Under the pieces are notes generated by a model, which saw only the letters and a list, made by a program, of their open reading frames with translations, had not been told where the DNA came from and did no database searches. The position numbers and the translations under genes were made by a program. Of a stretch of 64,000 bases of DNA, positions 9,874-19,054 are shown in pieces (position 1 is the stretch's first letter; every line of letters starts with the position of its first letter). Source of the DNA: an uncultured Pseudomonadota bacterium (GTDB taxonomy: Bacteria; Pseudomonadota; Alphaproteobacteria; UBA9219); NCBI GenBank assembly GCA_903875345.1, contig CAIQVS010000210.1, forward strand, positions 11,861 through 75,860, written 5' to 3'.

Positions 9874-10818
9874 ATGATGAAAAAAACCATACGTCTTGGA
9901 AGCCGGGGTAGCCCCCTCGCCCTTCTACAAGCGGAGGACGTGCGCAAAAAGCTCTTCGCCGCCCACCCCGACCTGATTTCCGTCGCCGCTATTGAGATCG
10001 TTCCTATCCGCACAAGCGGTGATTGGCGTCCCGATCAAGCCGAACTGAGCTTTCGTGAAACTGGCGGCAACAAGGAACTTTTCACCAAGGAGATCGAAGA
10101 GGCGCTGCTCGGCGATTTCATCGATATGGCCGTTCATTCGATGAAGGATGTCGCCAGCCATTTACCGAAGGGTCTGGAAATTGCCGCAATGCTGGATCGC
10201 ATCGATCCGCGTGACGCGTTCATTGGCCGAGCGGTCGGACAGCTCGATGCTTTGCCGCAAGGCGCGGTCGTCGGCACCTCAAGTCTGCGTCGTCAGGCCC
10301 AGCTTCTGGCGCGGCGACCTGATCTCCGCATCGTTCCGGTACGCGGCAATGTCGGAACCCGTCTTGAAAAACTGAAGGACGGAAAATTTGACGCGACCAT
10401 TTTGGCGATGGCCGGGCTGGAACGTCTTGGCTTGCGCCATGTCGCCAATTCGGTTCTGGAGCCGGATGTCATGCTGCCCGCCGCAGCGCAGGGTGTGGTA
10501 GGCATTGAAATTCACAGCGGCAACACGGCGATGCGCGATCTGCTCGCGCCGATCCATTCACGTGAAACGGCGGCGTGTGTTGGCGCCGAGCGCGCTTTGC
10601 TGCGCGTTCTGGACGGATCATGCCAGACGCCGATCGGCGCTTTCGCCCATATGATCGATCCGACGCATCTTTTGCTCGAAGCTGTGGCGGCGCGGCCTGA
10701 CGGCACGTCTCTTCTGCGGCTGACGGCTGACGGCGAAGTGACGCAAGCCGAAAAGATTGGAATGAAACTGGGACGACAGATGAAAGATAGTCTGCCTTCT
10801 GATTTTTTCGAAACGTAG
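9874..10818 (+). CDS. hemC: Hydroxymethylbilane synthase (porphobilinogen deaminase)
   Basis: The sequence MMKKTIRLGSRGSPLALLQAE..., SMKDV and the C-terminal GSCQTPIG (dipyrromethane Cys) are typical HemC. The upstream part of the tracked ORF is AT-rich and unlikely to be coding. Confidence 0.95.
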   Translation: MMKKTIRLGSRGSPLALLQAEDVRKKLFAAHPDLISVAAIEIVPIRTSGDWRPDQAELSFRETGGNKELFTKEIEEALLGDFIDMAVHSMKDVASHLPKGLEIAAMLDRIDPRDAFIGRAVGQLDALPQGAVVGTSSLRRQAQLLARRPDLRIVPVRGNVGTRLEKLKDGKFDATILAMAGLERLGLRHVANSVLEPDVMLPAAAQGVVGIEIHSGNTAMRDLLAPIHSRETAACVGAERALLRVLDGSCQTPIGAFAHMIDPTHLLLEAVAARPDGTSLLRLTADGEVTQAEKIGMKLGRQMKDSLPSDFFET

Positions 10819-10842
10819 GGCGAGAACGGATGGAAAATTATA

Positions 10843-11631
10843 ATGAATCAAAATCCCGTTCAAACGGTTCTTCGGAGTAAAATACCTCAAATAACCCTCG
10901 GTTTTTGGGTTATGAAGATATGCGCGACGACTTTAGGCGAAACAGCGGGCGATCTTCTGTCGATGACCCTGCACGTTGGCTACGCGGTCAGTTCGATGAT
11001 CCTGATAGGGCTTTTCGCACTGGCTTTTGCGATCCAGCTTATCGCGAAAACCTATTATCCCTTGCTTTATTGGCTCGTTATCCTTGCGACCAGCACCGCC
11101 GGGACGACCCTGTCCGACTACATGGATCGCACGTTGGGACTTGGCTATGCCGAAGGCAGCCTGATTTTGCTGTCCGCCTTGGCGGCTATACTCAGTTACT
11201 GGCGATTGTCCGTGGGGTCGTTGTCGGTGCAGAGTATTGCTAGCCGCAAAGTGGAACTGCTGTACTGGTTCGCTGTCCTTTTTTCCAATACGCTCGGCAC
11301 CGCTTTGGGGGATTTTCTGGCGGACGATTCCGGACTGGGTTTCATGGGCGGCGCCTTGTTGGTCGCGGGCGCGTTAGCCCTCGTTACCCTGCTGGCCTTT
11401 GGCACCAGAATTTCACGGGTTATCCTGTTCTGGGCGGCTTTCGTTCTGACGCGACCTTTTGGAGCGACGTTCGGCGACGTTCTGACCAAGGGGAACGAAA
11501 AAGGTGGGCTCGGATTCGGAACCATCGGGTCGTCTCTTGTGCTGGCTTCAATCCTTGGGTGCATGATTGCGTGTACAAGCATTAAAGAACGGAAGACACG
11601 CCCTGAATCTCCGCTCGATTCAGCAGTTTGA
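10843..11631 (+). CDS. Polytopic membrane protein with four internal (S/T)xxxG(E/T/A)xxxD repeats (COG4705-like)
   Basis: Hydrophobic throughout. The repeated motifs are TTLGETAGDLLS, STAGTTLSDYMD, NTLGTALGDFLAD and RPFGATFGDVLTK. Confidence 0.7.
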   Translation: MNQNPVQTVLRSKIPQITLGFWVMKICATTLGETAGDLLSMTLHVGYAVSSMILIGLFALAFAIQLIAKTYYPLLYWLVILATSTAGTTLSDYMDRTLGLGYAEGSLILLSALAAILSYWRLSVGSLSVQSIASRKVELLYWFAVLFSNTLGTALGDFLADDSGLGFMGGALLVAGALALVTLLAFGTRISRVILFWAAFVLTRPFGATFGDVLTKGNEKGGLGFGTIGSSLVLASILGCMIACTSIKERKTRPESPLDSAV

Positions 11632-11649
11632 TTCCCCTAATCTTCAGAC

Positions 11650-12396
11650 ATGCCCACTATCCTTCTAACCCGTCCGTTGAAAGCCTCTCGACGTTTGGCA
11701 GACGAGTTGAGGCGTCTCGGCTGCGACGGCGTGATCGCGCCGATGCTGAAGATTGCGCCGACCCTGTTGCCGTCACCGACCAACGTTTTCGGTGCGTTGA
11801 TGATCACCAGCGGGAATAGTCTTGATGTTTTAGATCCCAACGCTGCCGCGCTCTACGCCTTGCTGGATTTGCCCTGTTTTTGCGTCGGTACGCGCACGGC
11901 GGAGCGCGCGCAGGACTTTGGTTTCCGCGACGTGCGCGATGCGGCGGGTGACGGCGCGGCTCTGGCACAGCGGATCCGTGCCGATTTGCCTCAATTGGAT
12001 AAACCCATCCTGCATATTGGCGGGCGTGATATTGCCAGCGCGGCAGAGGCTGAGCTTAACGCGGCGGGACATGTGGTCATACCTTGGCTGGTCTATGCCG
12101 CTGAGCCCGCAAGCGAAATCCCATCCGACGTGACGCGAGCCTTGCGCGCGCAACAGCTTGATGCGGCTCTATTTTTCTCCACGCGCACGGCGGCGGTCTT
12201 CAGGGATTTAATCTGCCGCGATGGTCTTGAGGCTTGCTGCAAAAGCCTGATCGCGGTAGGAATAAGCGCGTCCGTTACGGACGCGCTGGCGTCCTTGCCT
12301 TGGCGTCTTTTGACGGCTTCCGTCGCGCCGACGGAAGAGTCGGTTTTGCAACGTTTGCAGGAAGTTCTTCCGTCCCATGACCGAACCTTTGCCTGA
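11650..12396 (+). CDS. hemD: Uroporphyrinogen-III synthase
   Basis: 248 aa with a HEM4-like two-lobe pattern (ILLTRPL...; ITSGNSL; LFFSTRTA). It sits between hemC and the Mic60-like/hemY genes. Confidence 0.8.
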   Translation: MPTILLTRPLKASRRLADELRRLGCDGVIAPMLKIAPTLLPSPTNVFGALMITSGNSLDVLDPNAAALYALLDLPCFCVGTRTAERAQDFGFRDVRDAAGDGAALAQRIRADLPQLDKPILHIGGRDIASAAEAELNAAGHVVIPWLVYAAEPASEIPSDVTRALRAQQLDAALFFSTRTAAVFRDLICRDGLEACCKSLIAVGISASVTDALASLPWRLLTASVAPTEESVLQRLQEVLPSHDRTFA

Positions 12397-13330
12397 CGCC
12401 AAGACCCCATCGGAATTGCCTCCGCCGAAAGGCCGGTTGTTACGTTATGCGATGATTGGGCTGGTTCTGCTTTGTCTCGGCGCGGGGGGCGGGCTTTACG
12501 CTCTGCATACGTGTCCGTGGCTGTCACAGAGGATAAGCGCGACATCCGATGTTTCGGCGCACGCGGATGTGGCGCGTCTCGGCGCGGAATTGAATGCGTT
12601 GCGTCAGCGCGTCGAAGCGCTTGAGGCGCAGGGACGGCAACCGACCTCAGAAACGGCAACCCAGTCTCAGCCTGTTCCGCAACAAGCGCCGCTTGCGGAC
12701 AAAGACGTTGTGCGTCTGCAGGATGATGTGGCGTCGCTGTCATCGTCTCTGGCGGAGGTAAAGTCGGCGGTCAAACAAACCAGCGATGCGTCGTCGCAAG
12801 CTTCGACCTTGACGCAAAGCCTGTTGGCCGCCGCGCTCGCTTTTATCCCTTTGCGCGACGCAGTTCTGTCCGGCCATGCCTATGTTGATGAATTGGCCGG
12901 GTTTCGCGTGACGGCAGGCAAACTCTCTCTCGGCGATGAACTGGCAAAATTGGATGCTTTCGCTCCCTCTGGCGCCCCGACCTTCGCCGCTTTGCGCGAG
13001 GGGTTGATCGACCATGAAGCCGAAGCGTTGCATGCCGTCGATCGCGCCGAGGCCACAGGCTGGTGGCAGCGCGTAATGGCGGAACTTCGCAGGGTCGTTT
13101 CGATTCGCCCCTTGCATGGCGAGGCGTCTACGGATGCTTTTGCCGCCATCGAATCCCGTCTTGGTGCGGGCGACGCCGCCGGAGCGCTTGACGCATTCAA
13201 GGCCTTGCCGCCTGCCGCGCAGCAAAATCTGGCGGATTGGCGCTCAGGGCTTGAAGCGCGGCAGAAACTGGACGGTGCTTTGCAGAATATCATCGCGCGC
13301 CTTCTCGCCGCTGCGCAGGGAACGCCGTGA
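12377..13330 (+). CDS. Mitofilin-domain protein (alphaproteobacterial Mic60-like; occupies the HemX position)
   Basis: It has an N-terminal TM helix (YAMIGLVLLCLGAGGGLYAL), a coiled-coil middle and a conserved C-terminal helical domain. It overlaps the hemD 3' end by 20 nt and shares a GTGA overlap with hemY. Confidence 0.7.
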   Translation: MTEPLPDAKTPSELPPPKGRLLRYAMIGLVLLCLGAGGGLYALHTCPWLSQRISATSDVSAHADVARLGAELNALRQRVEALEAQGRQPTSETATQSQPVPQQAPLADKDVVRLQDDVASLSSSLAEVKSAVKQTSDASSQASTLTQSLLAAALAFIPLRDAVLSGHAYVDELAGFRVTAGKLSLGDELAKLDAFAPSGAPTFAALREGLIDHEAEALHAVDRAEATGWWQRVMAELRRVVSIRPLHGEASTDAFAAIESRLGAGDAAGALDAFKALPPAAQQNLADWRSGLEARQKLDGALQNIIARLLAAAQGTP

Positions 13331-14676
13331 AGCGGCTCTTCGGTTTTATATTCGGCTTGGCGCTGCTGGCGGGTTGCGCCGTCTGGCTTGCCGATCAGTC
13401 CGGCTCGGCGCGGATCGTTTGGCGCGGCTATATCATCGAAACTTCGGCTTCGTTTTTGATGATCGCCGCTTGTGTCTTCGCCGTCGCGTTTTACGGAATC
13501 TTGCGGCTATGGACCTTGCTACGGCATGGTTCGGAGATGTGGCGTCTCGGACGCAGGGTGCGGATTCTCAACGAAGGGCATGGCCATGTGATGGCCGGTC
13601 TGGTCGCTCTTGCGGGAGCCGACGCAGCCGAAGCCGGTCGCTGCGCCGTCGCCGCGCGGCGCAAGCTTGGCGCGACGGCGATGACGAAGATGCTTCAAGC
13701 GCAGGCGGCGCAGCTCGCGGGCGATCACGGCGTGGCGCAGGAAATTTTTCGCGATTTGGCCGCCGATCCCGACAGCGCCATTCTGGGTTATCGCGGCCTG
13801 ATCATGGAGGCGCGGCGGCGCGACGACAGCGTGGAGATCGAGCGTCTGGCCAATGAGTTGCGGCGCATCAAGGGCGATGTGCCGTTGCTCGGCCTTGTCC
13901 GTTTCGATCTCGCCGTGCGGCAGCAAAAATGGGGTGAAGCCGGAGCGGTATTGTCGTCGCCCGGTCTTGCGCAGCAGATTGGACAGGATCATGCCCGTCG
14001 TGCCCGCGCCGCGATCCTGATCATGGCGGCGGAACAGGCGACGCGGCAAGGCGATCACAACAAGGCGTTGCAGGCGACGGGTCAGGCTTTGAAACAAACG
14101 CCGGACTGGCTTCCGGCGATCCTCGCTTTTGCGCGGGCGCAGATGAAGACGGGGCATCGCCGCGCCGCGCACCGGTTGATCGAGAAAGTCTGGACGCAGC
14201 AAAATTATCCCGAACTCGCGGCGATTTATGTCGATGACATAAGTGACGTGCTGGAACGTTATCGTCGCGTCGAACAATTATGCCGCATTGCGCCGGACGC
14301 CGCGCAGAGCCGTCGCGCCGTCGCCGAGGCGGCTCTGGCCGCCGATCTGTGGGGCGAGGCGCGGCGGCATCTGCAAACTTTGGTCAATCGCGGGCAGGCG
14401 ACGGTCGGCGTCTACCGGATGCTGGCGCAGCTTGAACGGCGCGAGCATAAGGATGAACAGGCGGCCACGGCATGGCTGACGCAGGCGCTTGATGCGACGG
14501 CGGATCCCGCTTGGTTGTGTCGCAGCTGCGGCGGCGCGCACGCGGCGTGGCAGGCGACGTGCAAACATTGCGGCGGTTTTATTACGCTCGAATGGCAAAG
14601 CCCGGGCGTAAGTCTGGCGCTCACAAAACAGGCTGGTGGCGCGTCATCGCTTCCGGCGCTTGATTGGATGGATTGA
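13327..14676 (+). CDS. hemY: HemY-like TPR membrane protein (heme biosynthesis-associated)
   Basis: It has an N-terminal HemY_N-like double TM segment, TPR-like helices and a C-terminal CxxC...CxxC ribbon (CRSCGGAHAAWQATCKHCGG). Confidence 0.8.
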   Translation: MKRLFGFIFGLALLAGCAVWLADQSGSARIVWRGYIIETSASFLMIAACVFAVAFYGILRLWTLLRHGSEMWRLGRRVRILNEGHGHVMAGLVALAGADAAEAGRCAVAARRKLGATAMTKMLQAQAAQLAGDHGVAQEIFRDLAADPDSAILGYRGLIMEARRRDDSVEIERLANELRRIKGDVPLLGLVRFDLAVRQQKWGEAGAVLSSPGLAQQIGQDHARRARAAILIMAAEQATRQGDHNKALQATGQALKQTPDWLPAILAFARAQMKTGHRRAAHRLIEKVWTQQNYPELAAIYVDDISDVLERYRRVEQLCRIAPDAAQSRRAVAEAALAADLWGEARRHLQTLVNRGQATVGVYRMLAQLERREHKDEQAATAWLTQALDATADPAWLCRSCGGAHAAWQATCKHCGGFITLEWQSPGVSLALTKQAGGASSLPALDWMD

Positions 14677-14677
14677 G

Positions 14678-15298
14678 ATGGCGGAATCTTCCAGAGAAAC
14701 GGCGACGCTCGCCGTCTTTGATTTCGACGATACGCTGATCAAGGGCGACAGCCTGTGGGCGTTTTTCTTTTTTGTCGTCGGCGTGGTTCCTGTTTTTGCG
14801 GGGATTGTCGAGGCGCTGGCGGCGTTTGGCTGGGTGCGCATGACCAATCCGCGCCATCCGGATTTGGCCGATCTTCGCACCTTCATCAAGGCGCGCCTGA
14901 TCACAACTCTTCTGGCCGGAAAAACCCTCGACCGCGTCGCGCCCGCGATTGAACGCCTTGCGCGTTGGCAGACATGGAACGAGGCGATGCGGCGCGAGCT
15001 TCTCGATCACGCCGCCAGCGGACATCATATCGTGATCGCGTCCGGGGCTTTGGACATCTATCTGCCTATGCTGGTGAAAGACCTGCCGCATGACGCGCTG
15101 ATTTGCACCTGCATCGGGGTCGAGAACGGCGCGATCACCGGGCAGATGGTGTCCGGCAATTGCGTGCGTCGCCGCAAGGCCGAGATGGTCGGTGCGTATA
15201 TCGCCGAACATGGTCCGTTTACCGAAGGCTGGGGCTACGGCAATTATCCGCACGACATGCCGATGCTGGGTTTGGTGCGGCACCGGGTTCTGGTTTAA
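14678..15298 (+). CDS. HAD-IB family hydrolase/phosphatase
   Basis: ATG 14678 lies just after the hemY stop. The DxDxT motif is FDFDDTLIKGDS. The C-terminus GYGNYPHDMPML is typical of HAD-IB. Confidence 0.75.
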   Translation: MAESSRETATLAVFDFDDTLIKGDSLWAFFFFVVGVVPVFAGIVEALAAFGWVRMTNPRHPDLADLRTFIKARLITTLLAGKTLDRVAPAIERLARWQTWNEAMRRELLDHAASGHHIVIASGALDIYLPMLVKDLPHDALICTCIGVENGAITGQMVSGNCVRRRKAEMVGAYIAEHGPFTEGWGYGNYPHDMPMLGLVRHRVLV

Positions 15299-15615
15299 GA
15301 ACCGCTTCTCATCCGGTCGATGACGAGGCGATAGCCTTGGAAATTTTCCTGCTGCAGAAAGCGCGCGACGCGACCGATGGTCGTGACGCTGACGCCGGTC
15401 AACTCATGAATCTCGCGGTAGGAATGTTTGCCCTCGTCCAGCAGCCGCGCCACCCACCAGCGGTCGGCGAGATCGGCGATTTCCTTCGGTGTGCAGATAT
15501 CGCGCAAAAAGCGGCGCATTTCGTCGGCGTCGCGCAGGTTCAGAAGCGCTTCGGCAAGCGCGGCTTCGGCCTTGGCGTCGGGGGTCTTGCGCTGCGTTGT
15601 TCCGGATTTTTTCAT
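15295..15615 (-). CDS. TrpR-like YerC/YecD family DNA-binding protein
   Basis: The sequence LRDICTPKEIADLADRWWVARLLDEGKHSYREIHELTGVSVTTIGRV matches the Trp-repressor fold family. There is a 4-nt convergent overlap with the HAD gene stop. Confidence 0.75.
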   Translation of the reverse strand: MKKSGTTQRKTPDAKAEAALAEALLNLRDADEMRRFLRDICTPKEIADLADRWWVARLLDEGKHSYREIHELTGVSVTTIGRVARFLQQENFQGYRLVIDRMRSGS

Positions 15616-15888
15616 GGGCGCGATCCTAGGCGTTGATTTGAGATATTTCAAATCGTCTGAAGCGATGAAACTAAAAGCCGAATCTAATTTCCCCAAAACC
15701 GCTAGACTGTGTTATAAGCCGCGCCATACGCTTGGATTGAATTGAGTAAAAAAGCGTTTGATGGCGGCTCCGATGGTGGAGCAAGCCATGGTGGGGTGTT
15801 AAGGCAAGTCCTTGATGCGCCATGGCATTTTGCCTGACAAAGCCTTATCCGCTTTTGTTGACATTCGAAAATCAAGGACATTCACGAC

Positions 15889-17169
15889 ATGACAGATCAA
15901 TTCGCAGCCTTCGGCTTGCCGCCCAAGCTGCTGCAAAGCCTTCACCGTATGCAATTCACTACCCCGACCCCCGTTCAGGCGCAAACGATCCCGTTGGCGA
16001 TGGAGGGCAAAGATGTACTCGGTTCAGCGCAGACGGGCACCGGCAAGACCGGAGCCTTCGGCATTCCGATTATCGCCCATTTGATGACGCAGCAAGGCAC
16101 GGCGGCGTTGATTATGACCCCGACGCGCGAGCTGGCGACGCAGGTGCAGGCGGCGATTCAGGCGATGAATCCGACGCTCGATATTCGTTCGGCTTTGTTG
16201 ATCGGCGGCGAGCCGATGCCGCGCCAGTTCCGGCAGCTGCATCAGCATCCGCGCATCATCATCGGCACGCCCGGTCGTATCAACGACCATTTGGCGCGCG
16301 GCACGCTGAAACTGAACAATGTGCGCTTTCTGGTGCTGGATGAAACCGACCGCATGCTCGATATGGGCTTCGGCGTGCAGATCGACAAGATCGTCGGATT
16401 TATCCCCAAGGAACGGCAGACGATGATGTTCTCGGCCACCTTGCCGCCGAACATCGTCAAGATGTCGGCAAAGTACATGCACAATCCCGTGCGCGTGGCG
16501 GTCGGTTCGACCACGACGCCGCTCGCCAAGATCAAGCAGGAACTGATCCAGACCAGCGAAGGCGAGAAATATCCGCAGCTGTTGGAACAGCTGAAAACGC
16601 GCGAAGGTTCGGTGATCATTTTCGTGAAAATGAAACATGGAACGGAACGACTTGCCGAACGTCTCGGTAAGGCCGGACATGCGGCGAGCGCCATTCACGG
16701 CGATCTGCCGCAGCGCAAGCGCGATCGCGTTATCCAGCAATTTCGCGACAAGGAATACCGGATTCTGGTGGCGACCGATGTCGCGGCGCGTGGCCTCGAC
16801 ATTCCGCATATCGAACACGTCATCAATTTCGACCTGCCGCAATGTCCGGAGGATTATATCCATCGCGTAGGGCGCACCGGTCGCGCCGGAGCCGAAGGCG
16901 CGGCGGTCAATCTGTTGACCCCTGCCGATTACGTCAAATGGCGCGCGATTCATAAGCTCATTCACGGTGACGGCGCTCCGCCGTTCCGTGGCGCACACCC
17001 CGAACCCGCAGGACGCGGTGGTCGTGGTGGTAGCCGCAATCGGGGGCATGGCGGTGGTGGTGGCCATAGGGATGGCAACGGCGGCGGGAATAGCGCCAGT
17101 CCGGGCAAAGCCGCCGGGTTCCAGCGCCGCAAGCGTTTTCATGCCGCGCCGCGAGCCGCAAAGGGTTAG
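15889..17169 (+). CDS. DEAD-box ATP-dependent RNA helicase (RhlE-like) with Gly/Arg-rich C-terminal tail
   Basis: It has the Q motif plus AQTGTGKT, PTRELA, SAT and HRVGRTGRAG. Motif II reads DETD rather than DEAD. The tail is GRGGRGGSRNRGHGGGGGHRDGNGGG. Confidence 0.9.
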   Translation: MTDQFAAFGLPPKLLQSLHRMQFTTPTPVQAQTIPLAMEGKDVLGSAQTGTGKTGAFGIPIIAHLMTQQGTAALIMTPTRELATQVQAAIQAMNPTLDIRSALLIGGEPMPRQFRQLHQHPRIIIGTPGRINDHLARGTLKLNNVRFLVLDETDRMLDMGFGVQIDKIVGFIPKERQTMMFSATLPPNIVKMSAKYMHNPVRVAVGSTTTPLAKIKQELIQTSEGEKYPQLLEQLKTREGSVIIFVKMKHGTERLAERLGKAGHAASAIHGDLPQRKRDRVIQQFRDKEYRILVATDVAARGLDIPHIEHVINFDLPQCPEDYIHRVGRTGRAGAEGAAVNLLTPADYVKWRAIHKLIHGDGAPPFRGAHPEPAGRGGRGGSRNRGHGGGGGHRDGNGGGNSASPGKAAGFQRRKRFHAAPRAAKG

Positions 17170-17243
17170 ATGGAAACAAGGCTGGACAGTGGTTTGCTTC
17201 AATCCAAATATAGGGAAATAAGGGTGAAGGAAACGCAGTGGAA

Positions 17244-17383
17244 TTCCCCTCCCCTCGCGGGAGGGGTTAGGGGTGGGGGAGAACGTCTTGGTGCTTTGTT
17301 TGCCTATTCAAAACCCAAGCATTCATGTTCTGATCCTTACGGGACGCCCCCTCCCTAACACTCCCCGCGAGGGGGGAGGGAAC
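17244..17383. repeat. REP/BIME-like inverted pair (GGGGTTAGGGG-core family)
   Basis: TTCCCCTCCCCTCGCGGGAGGGGTTAGGGGTGGGGG (17244-17281) and its imperfect reverse complement (17346-17383) flank about 64 nt of AT-richer spacer. Confidence 0.6.
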
Positions 17384-17438
17384 ACCGTTGTTCTCGCGTC
17401 GACTGAATGGCTTCATTCTGAATGAAGTAGGATAACGG

Positions 17439-18347
17439 CTACTTCCCGAATTCCAGCCCGAACATCTGGTAGAACTCGCGGCGATCCTGCCATTTCTCGT
17501 CGAGCTTGATCTCAAGGAACAGATGGACAGGACAGCCGAGAAACGCGCCGATGTCGCGCCGCGCCGCCGCGCCGATGGCTTTGATGCGCGTGCCTTGCTT
17601 GCCGAGTACGATCGGGCGGTGACCGGCGCGCGCGATGATGATTGATTGCCGGATCACGACCGAGCCGTCGGTTTTATTCTCCCAGCTTTCCGGTATGACC
17701 GTCGCGGCATAGGGCAGCTCCTGCTGCAACTGCCGGTAAAGCTGTTCGCGCGTCATTTCCGCCGCGATAATTTGCGAGGGCATGTCGCTGAGTTGATCTT
17801 CCGGAAAAAACCACGGACCCTCAGGCATTTTCGCGGCCAAATGTTTTTTGACATCCGCGACGCCGTCGCCGGTCAATGCCGAGATCATAAAGGTGGCATC
17901 GATGATGCCCGTATCGTGAAGTTTTTGCGCCAGCGGCAGAAGCTCGGCCTTGTCGGCTTTGTCCACCTTGTTAAGCGCGAGCGTCGGGCGGAGGTCGCGT
18001 TGTTTTAATTCATCCATAATGTGCGGCAGCATCTCTTCGCGCTTGGTCAACGCATCGACCAGCAACAACACGGCATCAGCTTCCCCGATGGCGTTCCATG
18101 CCGCATGAACCATCGCGCGATCCATCCGTCCCTTCGGATTGAAAATGCCCGGCGTGTCCATCAAGCCGATCTGCGTTTCGCCTTCGGTCAGCACGCCGAC
18201 CATTTTCATGCGCGTGGTTTGCGGCTTGGGACTGGTGATCGAGATTTTTTGCCCGATCAACGTGTTGAGCAACGTCGATTTTCCCGCGTTAGGCGCGCCC
18301 ATGATGGCGACAAAACCGGCGCGAGTGGTGCGTGGCGCGTCCGTCAT
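17439..18347 (-). CDS. era: GTPase Era
   Basis: It has the GAPNAGKST G1 motif, DTPG, NKVD and a C-terminal KH domain. It overlaps the rnc stop by 4 nt. Confidence 0.95.
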   Translation of the reverse strand: MTDAPRTTRAGFVAIMGAPNAGKSTLLNTLIGQKISITSPKPQTTRMKMVGVLTEGETQIGLMDTPGIFNPKGRMDRAMVHAAWNAIGEADAVLLLVDALTKREEMLPHIMDELKQRDLRPTLALNKVDKADKAELLPLAQKLHDTGIIDATFMISALTGDGVADVKKHLAAKMPEGPWFFPEDQLSDMPSQIIAAEMTREQLYRQLQQELPYAATVIPESWENKTDGSVVIRQSIIIARAGHRPIVLGKQGTRIKAIGAAARRDIGAFLGCPVHLFLEIKLDEKWQDRREFYQMFGLEFGK

Positions 18348-19054
18348 GTCTTGCCCGTTACCTGTGTTAACAACGTCTCTGCCGCCGCTTTCTGTGCCGC
18401 GCGTTTGGAATTGCCTTCGGCGACGGCGGGGGGATAACCCTTGACGCTGGCCTCGATCACGAATTTCGGCGCATGCGCCGGACCGCTGTGTTCCAGTACC
18501 TTATATTGCGGCAGAGGCAGGCTGTGTCCTTGCGCCCATTCCTGAAGGCTGGTTTTAGGGTCGGCGGGCGTTTCTTCAATCGCGATGTCATTCTGCCAAT
18601 AGCGGTGAATGAAAGCGGCGGCGGCGTTCAACCCGCCGTCCAGATAGAGCGCGCCGAGCAAGGCCTCCATCGCGTCCGGCAGCGTGGCGAGGTTCTTGCG
18701 CGCCGCGCCGGCGTCTTCGCCGCGCGCCAGTCGCAGATATTGCCCCAGACCGATTTCCAGCGCGACGCGGCGCAACGCCTCGCGGTTGACGAGCGCGGCG
18801 TGGCGCTTGGCCATTTCGCCTTCGGTCGCTTCGGGGTATTTTATGTATAGCCATTCGGCGATGACGAGGCCGAGGACGCGGTCGCCGAGAAATTCAAGCC
18901 GTTCGTAAGGGACGACACCTTTCTTGCGTGGGCGCAACCCCGCCAGCGAGGGATGTGTCAGGGCTCCCTGCAGCAATTCGGGATGCGCGAAAGAATAGCC
19001 GAGCCGAACCGTCAGCTCCTCTGTATCCGGGGTCTTTTTGGTCTGCATCGTCAT
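18344..19054 (-). CDS. rnc: Ribonuclease III
   Basis: It has the ERLEFLGDRVLG signature and a C-terminal dsRBD. It is part of the conserved lepB-rnc-era order. Confidence 0.95.
   Translation of the reverse strand: MTMQTKKTPDTEELTVRLGYSFAHPELLQGALTHPSLAGLRPRKKGVVPYERLEFLGDRVLGLVIAEWLYIKYPEATEGEMAKRHAALVNREALRRVALEIGLGQYLRLARGEDAGAARKNLATLPDAMEALLGALYLDGGLNAAAAFIHRYWQNDIAIEETPADPKTSLQEWAQGHSLPLPQYKVLEHSGPAHAPKFVIEASVKGYPPAVAEGNSKRAAQKAAAETLLTQVTGKT

Noticed and set aside
17170-17358. A 62-aa ORF, the ORF at 47972-48184, and the N-terminal extension of the RND ORF (47841-47909)
   Set aside because: These are translations of REP-like repeats (PLAGGVRGGG / PTPNPRP type peptides), not genes.
17411-17427. 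The palindrome CTTCATTC-T-GAATGAAG just downstream of era, considered as a terminator
   Set aside because: The loop is only one nucleotide and no T-tract follows on the era strand. It may be a protein-binding palindrome, but there is no supporting context.
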